Source: Acidobacteriota bacterium (GTDB lineage: Bacteria; Acidobacteriota; CAIWXX01). Taken from it: 64,000 nt of DNA. Shown here in pieces: positions 1-10,177 of this stretch (the first letter of the stretch is position 1; the number at the start of each line of letters is the position of its first letter). The stretch spans positions 51,202 through 115,201 of the forward strand of contig JBFMAF010000052.1 of the NCBI GenBank assembly GCA_040755995.1. The letters are read 5' to 3'. The notes below the pieces were generated by a model. The model was given only the letters and a program-made list of their open reading frames with translations. It was not told the DNA's origin and ran no database searches. Both the position numbers and the translations under genes were made by a program.

Positions 1-204
1 AAGGGCGCTTCGGGTTCGGGAAACCTCATCACGCTGGTGTTCGAAGCGACGAGCGAGGGGAGCTGCAGCGTCGACATCGAGAGAGCGACCCTCACAAACG
101 CCCAGTTCCAGCCGATCGCAGCCGATATCTCGTCCGTGTCGGACGTCGATATCTACTCGGAAGAGGGCATGCCGGAGGAGGAGCCGCTCGATGAACAGCA
201 GTGA
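1..204 (+). CDS. 3' end of a gene entering the window; cohesin-like/Ig C-terminal domain
   Basis: Frame 1 is open from base 1 to TGA 202-204: KGASGSGNLITLVFEATSEGSCSVDI... resembles the GxGxLxxLxF cohesin-type strand. Confidence 0.5.
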   Translation, partial: KGASGSGNLITLVFEATSEGSCSVDIERATLTNAQFQPIAADISSVSDVDIYSEEGMPEEEPLDEQQ

Positions 205-310
205 TCATTCGGGAATGATGCGACGCGGAGACGCGGAGAAGCTGAGACGCGGAGAAGAGGCGACTGCCGATCTGGAGGATGGCCGCAACATCGGCGGCGG
301 AGGAGTGACG

Positions 311-994
311 ATGAAGAAGTTCTTGAGACCGACTCTCATACTGTTCGTGATCGCGATGATAAACGCCTGCAACGACAAGGAGTGCCACTACCAGGAAGGT
401 GTCGCGACCCTCACGGTGTCGGCGAACCCGTCGTCTATCTCCGCCATCGCTGGCGAATCGTGGGTGACTGCGATCGGTACGGGCCAGGACTACCTGCCGA
501 TGCCGGATGGCACGGTGGTGAATTTCGTGTCGGATATGGGGGCTTTTGAGCAGGGCGCCGTTGCGACGACATCGGGCGGAATAGCGCGAATCAGATTCCT
601 GAGCGACGGAAAGAACGGGACGGCCAATATCTACGCCAGGACCGGCACCACGACATCCCCGACGATTCAGGTCAAGATAGGTATACCGGCTGTGGCGTCG
701 ATGATACTGATTGCCAACCCTGGCACGGTCGACGGGGAGGGTGGAAATGTCCACTTGACGGCGACAGTGTACAGCAACGACCAGATACCGCTTCAGGGGA
801 TTCCGGTTGTCTTCAGCACGGACAACGGCCGGCTGGCCAGCAACGGATCCCCCAGACCGAGCGATTTCAAAGGGCAGTCCAAGGATACCCTCACCCTCTA
901 CCGCAACGCGACGGGCGATGTACTGGAGATCACCGTCACGGCCACCGTGGGCAGCACCTCGGCTACGGCGAGCATCCAGCAGCTGAAACCGTAG
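311..994 (+). CDS. Putative lipoprotein with two bacterial Ig-like (Big-1/invasin-type) domains
   Basis: AGGAG RBS before ATG 311; signal MKKFLRPTLILFVIAMINAC; repeated ANP...(V)TA(T)V...V.F.T/SD.G Ig motifs. Confidence 0.75.
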   Translation: MKKFLRPTLILFVIAMINACNDKECHYQEGVATLTVSANPSSISAIAGESWVTAIGTGQDYLPMPDGTVVNFVSDMGAFEQGAVATTSGGIARIRFLSDGKNGTANIYARTGTTTSPTIQVKIGIPAVASMILIANPGTVDGEGGNVHLTATVYSNDQIPLQGIPVVFSTDNGRLASNGSPRPSDFKGQSKDTLTLYRNATGDVLEITVTATVGSTSATASIQQLKP

Positions 995-1062
995 AGGAAG
1001 GCCCCCGTGCTGGAGCCCGGTCGCGGTTCATCCCGACTCGACTCAGGTTGGTGTGACGAGTC

Positions 1063-1338
1063 ATGAAGGCAGTTGAGATGGTCGAAGCCTCGGCACCGCT
1101 CCGCGACTACGCTCGCAGGGTGCGAAGGGATCCGCTCATCGTGACTGAGCATGGCAAGCCTGTAGCCGCGCTCGTCGGAATCACGAACGCGGATATCGAA
1201 ACAGCCAGCCTGTGCACCAATCCTGCGTGCGTGGCCTTGATCGAGAGATCGCGAGCGCGTCAGGAGCGAGAAGGCGGCGTCTCTCCGGAGGAGATGCGCC
1301 GCCGGCTCCGTCTCGCGGACAAGCGACGCCGTAGATAG
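1063..1338 (+). CDS. Phd/YefM-family antitoxin (no toxin adjacent)
   Basis: PLIVTEHGKPVAALV motif; 91 aa. Confidence 0.75.
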   Translation: MKAVEMVEASAPLRDYARRVRRDPLIVTEHGKPVAALVGITNADIETASLCTNPACVALIERSRARQEREGGVSPEEMRRRLRLADKRRRR

Positions 1339-1438
1339 GGCCAGGGACCCTTACCGGTCCCGGCAGCAGGGGCTCACGGCGACCGAAGCCCAACTGGCGC
1401 TCCGGCAACATGTTGAGTCGAACCGGGCCCCCACGCGT

Positions 1439-1636
1439 CTAGTGAGCCACCTGCTCCCCGCCTGTTGACCCGGTCTGATCCATCCTGCCGAGCATCTCAG
1501 CCACGTACGCAGCACGCGCAGCTGCGTCTACGATGCGATCGCGGTCGTGGCACCATGCCGCCAAGTCCTCCACATCCACATCGACCCTCGACGCCTGCAC
1601 ACCCCTCTCGGCAGCCCCCGCATTCCGTGGATGCAC
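1439..1636 (-). pseudogene. C-terminal remnant of a small hypothetical protein
   Basis: RVDVDVEDLAAWC...VDAAARAAYVAE reads as a protein-like tail with no credible N-terminus. Confidence 0.35.
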
Positions 1637-1689
1637 CCTGACTCGTCACGGGATTGAGAAGGCGAGTTTGTCGGTTTGTCGCATGATTC

Positions 1690-1718
1690 TTGAACCGCCA
1701 CCTCCGACGTGCTAGAGT
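1690..1718 (+). promoter_or_regulatory. Sigma70-type promoter of the AbrB/PIN operon
   Basis: TTGAAC-17 bp-TAGAGT with extended TG. Confidence 0.5.
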
Positions 1719-1748
1719 AAAGTGATTGATGCTCTTGGGGGCACAGAT

Positions 1749-1967
1749 ATGACAATTGTAAAGCTCTCCTCGAAGTACCAAATGGTGCTCCCGAAGGAAG
1801 CACGCGAGGCTATGAAGGTGGACCGGGGGGCGCAGTTGCTCGTCTTCGTGAGGGGCGGGGTCACGGTTATCATGCCGAAGCCCGACAGATATGCTCGCGC
1901 CCTCGCCGGAATTGCCAGGGGCCTGTATCCGCGTGACTACCTGGCTTCGGAGCGGCGGTCATGGTGA
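1749..1967 (+). CDS. vapB: AbrB/MazE/SpoVT-family antitoxin
   Basis: VKLSSKYQMVLPKEAREAM swapped-hairpin motif; overlaps the PIN gene. Confidence 0.85.
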   Translation: MTIVKLSSKYQMVLPKEAREAMKVDRGAQLLVFVRGGVTVIMPKPDRYARALAGIARGLYPRDYLASERRSW

Positions 1968-2410
1968 CCCCGGCGGAGCTGGATGCGTTCCTTCAGAAAC
2001 ACAAGCGGATCGGCATTGATTCAAACGTCCTCATCTACTTCGTCGAGGGACACAGCAGGTTCGGATCCCTGGCGACTCGCGTGTTCGACAGGGTCGAGGC
2101 CGGGCGCAACAGTGCTGTGTGCGCGACGGTCTCTCTGCTCGAGATCCTCGTGCAACCCTACAGGCGTGACGACACGCCGCTGGTGAACAAGTTCTACGGG
2201 CTGCTCACCACGTATCCTCATCTCTCGTTTATGGATCTGACTGCGACGACGGCCGATCTGGCCGCACGCCTGCGCGCGAGGTACGGCCTGAAGACTCCGG
2301 ACGCCATCGTCATCGCCTCCGCCATCCAGGCCGGAGCGACCGGCCTCGTGGCGAACGATCTGCGCATCAAGGCGATGCCGGAAATCGATCTGCTGCTGCT
2401 GTCTGCCTGA
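1961..2410 (+). CDS. vapC: PIN-domain (VapC) toxin
   Basis: IGIDSNVLIYF, E in SLLEIL, LKTPDAI, LVAND acidic PIN residues. Confidence 0.9.
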   Translation: MVTPAELDAFLQKHKRIGIDSNVLIYFVEGHSRFGSLATRVFDRVEAGRNSAVCATVSLLEILVQPYRRDDTPLVNKFYGLLTTYPHLSFMDLTATTADLAARLRARYGLKTPDAIVIASAIQAGATGLVANDLRIKAMPEIDLLLLSA

Positions 2411-2461
2411 CAATACCAGCGAGGCTGCACCTAGGACCTGCGAGACGTGCTACAGTCGGGG

Positions 2462-2494
2462 AAGTGGCTGCACGAGCATGGAGTATCCGAATGA
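2462..2494 (+). pseudogene. Last 10 codons of a deleted RelE-like toxin
   Basis: KWLHEHGVSE* whose TGA overlaps the antitoxin ATG (ATGA); a TG-n-TACAGT -10 lies just upstream. Confidence 0.4.
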
Positions 2495-2736
2495 AGAGAC
2501 ATTCAATGACCGAGGCGAAGAACGACATCTGCAGCATCATCCGAGAAGCAGAGAAAGAGGAGGTCCTTATTACTCGTCACGGCAGGCCGGCTGCGGTAGT
2601 TATCGGATTCCGTGACGAAGAGGATTGGTTCGACTACAGGCTCGAACGAGATGAGGGATTCCTTCGGAGGATCGCGAAGGCCAGGGAAGAGACTCGAAAA
2701 GGGCAGTTCGTCGCACTCGACGAGTTGCCCGATTGA
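2491..2736 (+). CDS. Phd/YefM-family antitoxin
   Basis: SMTEAKNDICSIIREAEKEEVLITRHGRPAAVVI. Confidence 0.85.
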   Translation: MKRHSMTEAKNDICSIIREAEKEEVLITRHGRPAAVVIGFRDEEDWFDYRLERDEGFLRRIAKAREETRKGQFVALDELPD

Positions 2737-2862
2737 ACCGAAACGGCGCGGCACACAAGGACCCGTTCGCGATCACGTGGACCTCCACATTCACGGGCGC
2801 GAGGATAGTGCCGCCCGGCTACATGGCGGCGGGGCAGCACGGGGGCACGGCGGCCAAGACTC

Positions 2863-2893
2863 TTGCAATGTGTGTTGTCAAGAGGAGTATAAT
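2863..2893 (+). promoter_or_regulatory. sdhCAB promoter
   Basis: TATAAT at 2888-2893; TTGCAA at 2863-2868 (19 bp spacer, weak). Confidence 0.45.
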
Positions 2894-2916
2894 GCGCGGG
2901 TTTGGGGGTTGATTGA

Positions 2917-3576
2917 ATGAGATGGATTATTAGCTACTACGGAACCACAATCGGCAAAAAGGTCTTCATGGCCGTAACCGGCCTGTGCCTGTTCGGGTTC
3001 GTTCTGGTGCACATGATCGGCAACCTGCAGGTCTACGCCGGCCAGGCGCGGCTCGACGCCTACGCCGCGTTCCTCGCCCACAACGAGAAGCTCCTCTGGG
3101 TGGCACGACTGGCACTGCTGCTCCTCGTGGCCCTCCACATCATCGCAGCCGTGCAGGTCTGGTGGCGGAACCGCGGCGCCCGCCCGGTCGAGTACCGCGG
3201 AAAGGCGGACCTGGGGATCGATTACGCCGCACGCACGATGGTCTGGAGCGGCCCGATCATCGCGGCCTTCGTCCTCTATCACCTGTTCCACTTCACTTGG
3301 GGCACGGTCCATCCGAGCTACATCGTGGGAGCCGTCTACCACAACGTCGTCACGGGGTTCCAGGTCCCCTGGGTCGCCGCCTTCTACATCATCGCCAACT
3401 TCCTCCTTGCAGTGCACCTCTACCACGGGCTCTGGAGCTGGTTCCAGACGCTCGGCCTGGAACACCCGCGGTACAACGCGCTGCGCCGCGTCTTCGCGGT
3501 AGGACTCTCGGTGCTCATCGGAATTGGCAACATTTCGATCCCGTTGTCCGTGTTGACGGGATTGGTGAGGGAGTAA
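2917..3576 (+). CDS. sdhC: Succinate dehydrogenase/fumarate reductase cytochrome b558 subunit
   Basis: [31 protein letters not shown]; five TM helices; upstream of sdhA. Confidence 0.93.
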   Translation: MRWIISYYGTTIGKKVFMAVTGLCLFGFVLVHMIGNLQVYAGQARLDAYAAFLAHNEKLLWVARLALLLLVALHIIAAVQVWWRNRGARPVEYRGKADLGIDYAARTMVWSGPIIAAFVLYHLFHFTWGTVHPSYIVGAVYHNVVTGFQVPWVAAFYIIANFLLAVHLYHGLWSWFQTLGLEHPRYNALRRVFAVGLSVLIGIGNISIPLSVLTGLVRE

Positions 3577-3580
3577 TCGC

Positions 3581-5494
3581 ATGAGGTTGGAGGCTAGAAT
3601 CCCTTCGGGCCCGATGGATCAGAAATGGAGCCGGCGGCGTGACGAGATCAAGCTCGTAAACCCGGCGAACAAGCGAAAATACACCGTGATCGTGGTCGGC
3701 ACGGGTCTGGCCGGCGCATCGGCGGCGGCGAGCCTCGGCGAGCTCGGCTTCAACGTAAAGGTCTTCTGTTACCAGGACAGCGCCCGCCGCGCCCACAGCA
3801 TCGCCGCTCAGGGCGGCATCAACGCCGCCAAGAACTACCAGAACGACGGCGACTCCGTCTACCGCCTCTTCTACGACACCGTCAAGGGCGGCGACTACCG
3901 GGCGCGAGAGGCGAACGTGTACCGGCTGGCCGAGGTAAGCTGCAACATCATCGACCAGTGCGTCGCCCAGGGCGTGCCTTTCGCGCGCGAGTATGCCGGC
4001 GTCCTCGACAACCGCTCGTTCGGCGGCGCGCTCGTCTCGCGCACCTTCTACGCTCGCGGACAGACCGGCCAGCAGCTGCTGCTCGGCGCCTACTCGGCCC
4101 TCTGCCGCCAGATCGGGGCGGGCACCTGCGAGATGCACCCGCGCTCCGAGATGCTCGACCTCGTGATCGCCGGCGGCCGCGCGCGCGGCATCGTCACTCG
4201 CGACATGGTGACCGGCAAGATCGAATCGTGGGTCGGCGACGCCGTGCTGCTCTGTACCGGCGGCTACAGCAACGTCTTCTACCTCTCGACCAACGCCAAG
4301 GGCTGCAACGCCACCGCCATCTGGCGCGCGTACAAGCGCGGCGCGGGATTCGCCAATCCCTGCTACACGCAGATCCACCCGACCTGCATCCCGCAGGCCG
4401 GCGAATACCAGTCGAAGCTCACGCTCATGAGCGAGTCGTTGCGCAACGACGGCCGCATCTGGGTTCCGCTCAAGGCGGGCGACAATCGCCGGGCCGCCGA
4501 CATCCCCGAAGCCGAGCGGGACTACTACCTCGAGCGCATCTACCCGTCTTACGGCAACCTGGCGCCGCGCGACGTGTCGTCGCGCGCCGCGAAGCGCATG
4601 TGCGACGAGGGACGCGGTGTCGGGCCCGGCGGCCGCGGTGTCTACCTCGACTTCGCAGACTCAATCAAGCGACTCGGCGAAAACGTCATCCGCGTGCGCT
4701 ACGGGAACCTGTGCGAGATGTACGAGCGGATCACGGGTGAGGATCCGTACAAGGTGCCGATGCGCATCTACCCGGCGCCCCACTACACCATGGGCGGGCT
4801 CTGGGTGGACTACGACCTGATGAGCAACATCGACGGGCTGTTCGTGCTTGGCGAGGCCAACTTCTCGGATCACGGCGCGAACAGGCTCGGCGCCAGCGCC
4901 CTCATGCAGGGTCTGGCCGACGGCTACTTCGTCATCCCGTACACATTGGCCCACTACCTGGCGAGCACCAAGTTCGAGAAGCTCGACAGCTCGAACGCGG
5001 CGTTTCGCGACGCCGAAGGGTACGTGCAGGATCGCATGAAGAAGCTGCTGTCGATCAACGGCAAACGATCGGTGGACTCGTTCCATCGCGAGCTGGGCTT
5101 GATCATGTGGGAGTACTGCGGGATGGGACGGACGCGCGAGGGGCTCACGGGGGCAATCGACAAGATCCGCGGGCTGCGCGCCGAGTTCTGGCGCGATCTG
5201 CGGGTGCTTGGCGAAGCCGCCGATCTCAACCAGGAGCTCGAGAAGGCCGGCCGGGTGGCCGACTACTTCGAGCTCGGCGAGCTGCTGTGCCTGGACGCGC
5301 TGGAGCGCGAGGAGTCGTGCGGCGGGCACTTCCGCGAGGAGTACCAGACGGCCGAGGGCGAGGCGAAGCGCGACGACGCTAAGTTCTGCCACGTGGGCGT
5401 CTGGGAGTACCAGGGCGACGACCGGAAGCCGGCGCGCAACGTCGAACCGCTGGAATTCGAGACGCTGCAACTCAGCACCAGGAGCTACAAGTAA
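3581..5494 (+). CDS. sdhA: Succinate dehydrogenase/fumarate reductase flavoprotein
   Basis: [22 protein letters not shown] (FAD His), [25 protein letters not shown]. Confidence 0.97.
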   Translation: MRLEARIPSGPMDQKWSRRRDEIKLVNPANKRKYTVIVVGTGLAGASAAASLGELGFNVKVFCYQDSARRAHSIAAQGGINAAKNYQNDGDSVYRLFYDTVKGGDYRAREANVYRLAEVSCNIIDQCVAQGVPFAREYAGVLDNRSFGGALVSRTFYARGQTGQQLLLGAYSALCRQIGAGTCEMHPRSEMLDLVIAGGRARGIVTRDMVTGKIESWVGDAVLLCTGGYSNVFYLSTNAKGCNATAIWRAYKRGAGFANPCYTQIHPTCIPQAGEYQSKLTLMSESLRNDGRIWVPLKAGDNRRAADIPEAERDYYLERIYPSYGNLAPRDVSSRAAKRMCDEGRGVGPGGRGVYLDFADSIKRLGENVIRVRYGNLCEMYERITGEDPYKVPMRIYPAPHYTMGGLWVDYDLMSNIDGLFVLGEANFSDHGANRLGASALMQGLADGYFVIPYTLAHYLASTKFEKLDSSNAAFRDAEGYVQDRMKKLLSINGKRSVDSFHRELGLIMWEYCGMGRTREGLTGAIDKIRGLRAEFWRDLRVLGEAADLNQELEKAGRVADYFELGELLCLDALEREESCGGHFREEYQTAEGEAKRDDAKFCHVGVWEYQGDDRKPARNVEPLEFETLQLSTRSYK

Positions 5495-6264
5495 TGAACC
5501 TCACACTTCATATCTGGCGGCAGAAGAACCGAAACGACAAAGGACGCTTCGTCACGTATCCGTTGAAGGACGTGAGCGAGCACATGTCCTTCCTGGAGAT
5601 GCTTGACATACTGAACGAGCAGCTGATCGGGCGGGGCGAGGAGCCCGTGGCGTTCGAGCATGATTGCCGCGAGGGCATCTGCGGATGCTGCGGCATGGTG
5701 ATCGGCGGCGCGCCGCACGGCGGGCACGCCGGCACCACCGTCTGCCAGCTCCACATGCGCCACTTCAAGGACGGCGACGAGGTGATCATCGAGCCCTGGC
5801 GCGCCAAGGCTTTCCCGGTGCTGAAGGACCTGATCGTGGATCGCAGCTCCTTTGACCGGATCATGTACGCAGGCGGCTACATCTCGGTGCGCACCGGGAG
5901 CGCTCCCGAGGCCAATTCGATCCTGATCCCGAAGGACGTGGCCGAGAAGGCGATGGACTACGCCGAGTGCATCGGGTGCGGGGCGTGTGTCGCGGCCTGC
6001 CCGAACGGCGCGGCGATGCTGTTCGTCAGCGCGAAGATCTCGCAATTCGGGCTGTTGCCGCAGGGGCAGCCCGAGCGGATGCGTCGCGCGCAGAACATGG
6101 TCCTGGCGATGGAGAAGGAAGGGTTCGGGTCCTGCACCAACTACACCGCGTGCGAGATCGCCTGCCCGAAGCGGATCGGCATCAGCGGCATAGCGCGCAT
6201 GAACCGCGACTTCAACAAGGCGATGCTCTGCACGGTGGAGGCCGCCTCAGGCAAGCGCGCGTAG
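5494..6264 (+). CDS. sdhB: Succinate dehydrogenase/fumarate reductase iron-sulfur subunit
   Basis: [33 protein letters not shown]. Confidence 0.96.
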   Translation: MNLTLHIWRQKNRNDKGRFVTYPLKDVSEHMSFLEMLDILNEQLIGRGEEPVAFEHDCREGICGCCGMVIGGAPHGGHAGTTVCQLHMRHFKDGDEVIIEPWRAKAFPVLKDLIVDRSSFDRIMYAGGYISVRTGSAPEANSILIPKDVAEKAMDYAECIGCGACVAACPNGAAMLFVSAKISQFGLLPQGQPERMRRAQNMVLAMEKEGFGSCTNYTACEIACPKRIGISGIARMNRDFNKAMLCTVEAASGKRA

Positions 6265-6283
6265 AAGAGACTCGGGGTCCACT

Positions 6284-6370
6284 GCCAAACAGCCGCCGAG
6301 GGAGCTCAAGCAGCCGCGCCGAACTGAGGGCGATCACCGGTCCGGCGTTGCAGACGACGCGGCGCGTCAT
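6284..6370 (-). pseudogene. 5' stub (about 29 codons) of a DUF3368/PIN toxin
   Basis: MTRRVVCNAGPVIALSSARLLELPRRLFG begins at an ATGA overlap with the UPF0175 stop, then similarity ends next to the sdhB stop. Confidence 0.65.
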
Positions 6371-6618
6371 TCCTGACCGAACTCGCGATGGAGCTCGTCC
6401 GCATCCCAGCTCACACTGGAAGCCCCGAATCTACTACAGCTGAGCAGGAACTCGACTCGGCTGACGCCGGCCAGAGTTGCGGCCTGCCCGGATGTCAGTC
6501 TTCCCATTTCGAAGAGTTTCACGGCCATGGCCAACTTCGCCTCAGCCTCGAAATCAGCAGTGCTCTGATTTGCCACGGCCGTGAGTGACTCAGGGTACTC
6601 TATGCTCATTGTCTTCAT
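6367..6618 (-). CDS. UPF0175-family antitoxin-like protein
   Basis: AMAVKLFEMGRLTSGQAATLAGVSRVEFL; upstream TTGAGG-17-TAGGCT promoter on the minus strand. Confidence 0.85.
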   Translation of the reverse strand: MKTMSIEYPESLTAVANQSTADFEAEAKLAMAVKLFEMGRLTSGQAATLAGVSRVEFLLSCSRFGASSVSWDADELHREFGQE

Positions 6619-6852
6619 GGGCACCCCCGTCTATTCATTTTCAGCCTAGCACTCCCGCGCCGCAACCTCAAGTCACCACGGGATGATGGGATGATGGATG
6701 GCGGGACGCCAGTGCCGGCTTGGCGGATTGGTCTCTGGGGATCAGCGAACGTGTTGCCGCAGATTCGCCAGATGCCGTCTGTCGAATTGCCGGCGGCTGG
6801 GAAATGCCAGACAACCTCTGGCAAATCGCAGCTTGATCCATTCTGTGGTGGT

Positions 6853-7086
6853 TCAGGAACGGTCTACCACTCTCACAGGCTTGCAGCGCTTTCCAAAGAC
6901 CTCGTCAAGAAACGCTTCTCGATCCAAGGTCGCCTGCCACTTGCGATGGCGTCGCACGGATTCAAGACGTCGGTGGCGCGGCATGGTTATGAAACGCAAA
7001 GCCTCGACGGGGCCGAGGGCGGCAAGGAGCGCGTCGACCCCGCGCTGGACGTTTATCTCTTCCGAGAGCAGCGTCTGTGTTTTCAT
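6853..7086 (-). CDS. Small antitoxin-like hypothetical protein (77 aa)
   Basis: AAGGAG RBS, ATG 7086; RGVDALLAALGPVEALRFI motif typical of PIN partner proteins. Confidence 0.7.
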   Translation of the reverse strand: MKTQTLLSEEINVQRGVDALLAALGPVEALRFITMPRHRRLESVRRHRKWQATLDREAFLDEVFGKRCKPVRVVDRS

Positions 7087-7169
7087 CTCAGGTTCTCCTT
7101 TTCGCAATAGGCGATCGGCGTCCCAAACCAACAGCCCGGAACGATGCGCCTGCAGAGGGCGATCAGCCG
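7083..7169 (-). pseudogene. 3' remnant of a PIN-like toxin
   Basis: RLIALCRRIVPGCWFGTPIAYCEKENLR* with TGA overlapping the ATG at 7086; no 5' part. Confidence 0.45.
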
Positions 7170-7229
7170 AGGGACGCGCGATGTCGCACCGCTGTAATCT
7201 GCCCGGGGGCACGGCGGCGGCCGTACGCG

Positions 7230-8798
7230 CTAGTTGGACATGGAGCGGTGTCCTCGCACGAAATCCCGCAGACACGAGAAGGTCGACGGGGCCGGGCGAT
7301 CGGCTGCCGAGGGCGCTCGGTGGCGAAGCATCTGCTCCAGTTGTCCATCGGCCGCCGCGTCCTCTCCCGCGCTGGGAGCGGCGGCGAGGAGACCACCGCA
7401 CCAGGACGTCTGGGGCGCAGACAGGTTGGAAATGACGAACTTGCCCGGAGTCGCGGCGGCGGTGCCCTTGCCGATGACAAAGGTGGCGGTCTTCTCGTAG
7501 AGCGCGAACGCCTGTTGGAGCGGCTTGTACTTGTTTGGCTTCACCTTTGGGCAGGTGGCGCCGCTCGGATTGGTCGTCATCGAACACAATTCCCGGCTGG
7601 TGTAGTCGTTGTATGAACGCCCGATGAGCGCGAATCCGCCCGCGGCAAGCTCGCTGATTCCGAGGAAGTGATTGTAGTAGTGGCCGCCCAGGACATACGT
7701 GCGATTAACTTTGGCGGCACCCGTGGAAGTCATCTTGGCGAACCACGCCAGCCTGCTTCCCGACTCCGGATAGACGACTCCGGCGAACATGCATCCGCCG
7801 TCTTTGGCGAGAGAGGCGTCCCGCAGCTCGAGATCGTCGTCGTAGCTCTTCGGCGCGAACTTCCTGGCCCATTGTACCTTCCCCGTTGCATCCAGCTTCG
7901 CGGCCCATGGGACTTCATCCACCCAATCACAACCCACCAGCATGTAGCCGCCATCGCTGGTGGGGATGATCCGCCAGGCCTCGATCAGGAACTTGCCAAA
8001 CGGCGCTTCCGCGCGCCCGTAGTCACCTGCGTCATAGATCTTCTGCCAGAGGATATCGCCTGCGGCATTCATCTTCAGGATCAGAATACCCACGTCCGTC
8101 GTGGTCCACGTGCCTCCGAAGTAATACCAACCGACGCTGATATAGCCCCCGTCCGCTGTCTGCCGCACGTCGGTCATGTCGAGATACTTGTACGGGTCGG
8201 ACGTTTTCACGGCAATGGCTTTCTGGAAAAGGACGGCGCCGGCAGCGTCGAGCCTCACAATCCATCCCTTGCTCTCGTCGTTGTACCAGTCGGTCGACTT
8301 GTTCAGGTGCTCTATCTCGCCACAGGCGATGTAACCACCGGCGGCAAGCTCGTCGACATGATTGAAGGTGTATTCATAGTTCCACTTGCCGACCCCGTAG
8401 GTCTTCTGCAAGGCGATCGCCCCGGCGGGTGACAGTTCCAGGAGCACGGCATCGGTACTGTTCGCGTGGCTGTTGTCGAACTTCGGCGTTCGACTTCCCC
8501 ATAGCAGGAAGTTACCCGACTTCAACTGCCGGCACCCATTGGCACTTGAAGAGAGCGGTTCGTCATACCCTTTGGCCCATTGCACCGAGCCGGTGGAGCT
8601 GGCCTTCAGGGCACAGATCTGGAGACCGCCGGCGCTTTTCCCGACGGACGTCGCAATGATCAGGGACCCGTCCGAGTTCACGCTGATCCTGGTGGGCTCC
8701 TCGGTCTGTATGTCGTACGTCTGCACCCATTGTTGCGCATGGGCGGGAATAAGGATGAACAAGGGGAGAATCAGCCAAAGGACACATCGCGTCTTCAT
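7230..8798 (-). CDS. Secreted beta-propeller-like repeat protein
   Basis: Signal peptide (PAHA/QQW); repeated T.DGGY...G and LK.DA.G.V.W.K units; GGAGG RBS. Confidence 0.8.
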   Translation of the reverse strand: MKTRCVLWLILPLFILIPAHAQQWVQTYDIQTEEPTRISVNSDGSLIIATSVGKSAGGLQICALKASSTGSVQWAKGYDEPLSSSANGCRQLKSGNFLLWGSRTPKFDNSHANSTDAVLLELSPAGAIALQKTYGVGKWNYEYTFNHVDELAAGGYIACGEIEHLNKSTDWYNDESKGWIVRLDAAGAVLFQKAIAVKTSDPYKYLDMTDVRQTADGGYISVGWYYFGGTWTTTDVGILILKMNAAGDILWQKIYDAGDYGRAEAPFGKFLIEAWRIIPTSDGGYMLVGCDWVDEVPWAAKLDATGKVQWARKFAPKSYDDDLELRDASLAKDGGCMFAGVVYPESGSRLAWFAKMTSTGAAKVNRTYVLGGHYYNHFLGISELAAGGFALIGRSYNDYTSRELCSMTTNPSGATCPKVKPNKYKPLQQAFALYEKTATFVIGKGTAAATPGKFVISNLSAPQTSWCGGLLAAAPSAGEDAAADGQLEQMLRHRAPSAADRPAPSTFSCLRDFVRGHRSMSN

Positions 8799-9028
8799 CT
8801 TGGACCTCCTGTTTCAAATGGGTTCGGCTGCTTCATGCCGCAATAAGTGTCACCGTACCGGCCCTGATGTCAAGACCCAGCCTTCAGTGTTTCAGTGCAG
8901 CGCCGGCTCCGTGCGAGGTGGAGCCGCTGCATCAGGCACCGCGCGAAGAACCTCGTCGCGGCGCCGCATCCAGAGATGTCGCAGGCTCGTTGACAGACTG
9001 ATCCACGCGCCGGTATCCTGCATTCGAA

Positions 9029-10009
9029 ATGGGCTTGCTCGCGACACCGCTCACACGCCACGCGGGAATCGAATTCCCGATCATCTGCGGCGCGATGTAC
9101 CCGTGCGGGAATCCGGAGCTCGTGGCGGCAGTGTCGGAGGCCGGCGGCATCGGCATTCTGCAGCCGGTCTCCCTCACGTATGTCCACGGCCACGAGTTTC
9201 GCGCGGGGATTCGTTTCGTGCGCAGCCTCACGTCGAAGCCGATCGGGATGAATGCGCTGATCGAAAGCTCGTCGAAGGCCTACCACAAGCGGATGGTCAA
9301 GTGGGTCGAGGTAGCTCTCGAAGAGGGCGTCCGCTTCTTCGTCACATCGTTGGGCAATCCGAACTGGGTGGTCGACGCGGCCCGGCCGTTGGGCGCCGTG
9401 GTGTACCATGACGTCACCGAGCGGAAGTGGGCGCTCAAGGCCCTGGACAGCGGCGTCCACGGTCTCGTCGCAGTGAACCGGCGAGCTGGTGGGCACGCGG
9501 GAGCTCTGTCACCCGAGCGGCTGATTGATGAGATCAGCGATCTCGGCGTGCCGGTCATATGCGCCGGAGGTGTTGGGAACGCGAGCGACTTCGTATCAGC
9601 CTTGCGAATGGGCTACGCCGGCGTCCAGATGGGGACGCGATTCATCGCAACGCCGGAGTGCCGCGTGAGCCAGCTCTACAAAGACGCGATTGTGCGAGCC
9701 CAGGAGGAAGATATAGTTCTGTCAGAGCGTATCACGGGTGTGCCCGTGGCGGTCATCAACACGCCGTACGTCCGGCGGGCCGGCACGAAGGCCGGCGTCT
9801 TTGCGCGCTGGATGCTTCGAGGACGCCGCACCAAGAAGTGGATGCGGACCATCTACGCCTTGCATTCAGGCTGGCAGTTGAAGCGGGCATCCCTCGACGA
9901 GTCCGGGGAGAGAGAATACTGGCAGGCCGGCAAGAGCGTCGCCGGCATCGATCGGATTGAAGCCGCCGGCGATATCGTCAGGCGATTCGCAGAAGCTGCA
10001 ATGGCGTGA
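9029..10009 (+). CDS. Nitronate monooxygenase/FabK-like FMN oxidoreductase
   Basis: FPIICGAM, AVSEAGGIG, AGGHAG, PVICAGGVG, GVQMGTRFIATPEC. Confidence 0.88.
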   Translation: MGLLATPLTRHAGIEFPIICGAMYPCGNPELVAAVSEAGGIGILQPVSLTYVHGHEFRAGIRFVRSLTSKPIGMNALIESSSKAYHKRMVKWVEVALEEGVRFFVTSLGNPNWVVDAARPLGAVVYHDVTERKWALKALDSGVHGLVAVNRRAGGHAGALSPERLIDEISDLGVPVICAGGVGNASDFVSALRMGYAGVQMGTRFIATPECRVSQLYKDAIVRAQEEDIVLSERITGVPVAVINTPYVRRAGTKAGVFARWMLRGRRTKKWMRTIYALHSGWQLKRASLDESGEREYWQAGKSVAGIDRIEAAGDIVRRFAEAAMA

Positions 10010-10177
10010 CCGCGACGCGCGTGTGGCCCACCTTCTTGAAGGCTCCACCGCGTCTGCCCCGGCCGGTTCCGGCGGGCCCGGCCATCGTTTCGAAGCCGAT
10101 TTCTGATACGATGAACCATGCGAATGGGCTTCTCGAGCGCCAGACACCGGTTTTGTTTCGATGAGGAGGGCACGACA

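Noticed and set aside
2861..2883. Imperfect palindrome TCTTGCAA...TTGTCAAGA upstream of sdhC
   Set aside because: It needs a bulge and cannot be assigned to a regulator.
2917..6264. sdhCAB as a novelty
   Set aside because: Ordinary three-subunit core enzyme; catalytic direction cannot be inferred.
6825..6870. LDPFCGGSGT, resembling DNA methyltransferase motif I
   Set aside because: Only about 10 codons with no supporting context; could be chance or an unidentifiable scrap.
8895..8931. GC-rich hairpin between divergent genes
   Set aside because: No U-tract, single copy and wrong context for a terminator or REP.
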